Below, piece by piece: positions 6,007-6,520 of a DNA stretch of 6,520 nucleotides; the stretch's first letter is position 1; every line of letters starts with the position of its first letter. A program made the position numbers and the translations under genes. The notes below the pieces were generated by a model. It saw nothing but the letters and a program-made list of their open reading frames with translations. It ran no database searches and was not told the origin of the DNA. Source of the DNA: Zygophlyctis sp. KS116 (lineage: Eukaryota; Fungi; Chytridiomycota). The stretch lies in the NCBI GenBank assembly GCA_054661495.1, contig BAAFSQ010000437.1, forward strand, positions 1 through 6,520, written 5' to 3'.

Positions 6007-6520
6007 CTTTCTTGATATTTTCTACCAAGGGTAAGGTCCGACGTGTTTCAACCTAACACCATCACCCTAACCCAGAAGATTCTAAAGTCTAATAATTATA
6101 ATAAGATTTTCTGCCAATAATAGTGAAAAAAATTATATAAATCTTATAGACTGATGAAGGTGTAGGCCATCACTGATTGACAAATATTGTCGCCGTTCTC
6201 GATGGTTCGGGTCTGTATCAGGGGGCAAGCTCAGGCTCTGGATATGTTGAATGTGCTGGTTTAAGCCAAGGCTACCTTTACCCTTCATAAATCGACAAGG
6301 ATTCTTTTATCACCGTAGTGGCTTATCTTTCTAATTGGAATAAATCTCAGTGGAAATAAGTGTTTATTGTCTTACTAAGCTTTCTTTATTATCTTTTTGG
6401 AATCTATAAATCAATAAATCAATTTTACTAGTTTTTTTAGTAGTTGTCTTCCCCAGTAAACGCTCCTTCACTTTGCCATATACTGCTCAGCTTCTTCCAT
6501 CCTTTTTTTTAATACGACGT

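Noticed and set aside
6101-6147. 9-bp inverted repeat ATAAGATTT/AAATCTTAT
   Set aside because: Short and very AT-rich; expected by chance.
6150-6520. Possible gypsy integrase C-terminus (minus-strand GDKRILVD...WLKPAH) or other coding remnant
   Set aside because: Needs frameshifts, has several stops and only a 4-5 residue motif; too weak to call.

Overview
AT-rich eukaryotic DNA, probably from an early-diverging fungus or another microbial eukaryote (inferred from the mix of TE families). No intact host gene, RNA gene or CRISPR array is visible. The window is a dense patchwork of short, decayed mobile-element fragments: a hAT transposase with a probable right end (1-640, +), three Ty3/gypsy pol pieces (RT-thumb/RNase H, aspartic protease, second RNase H; all -), Ty1/copia RT-RNase H with PPT (-), a Crypton-type GCR1_C domain (-), a copia GAG-pre-integrase piece (-), a KDZ (Kyakuja-Dileera-Zisupton) transposase (+) and small repeats. 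Two things are not explained by these calls. First, a decayed head-to-head pair of unrecognised genes (3080-3608 -, 3699-4495 +) shares a 90-bp spacer containing a duplicated 12-bp motif. Second, short telomere-type (TTAGGG) motifs recur at or next to fragment breakpoints. All family calls come from manual translation and motif recognition, not database searches.
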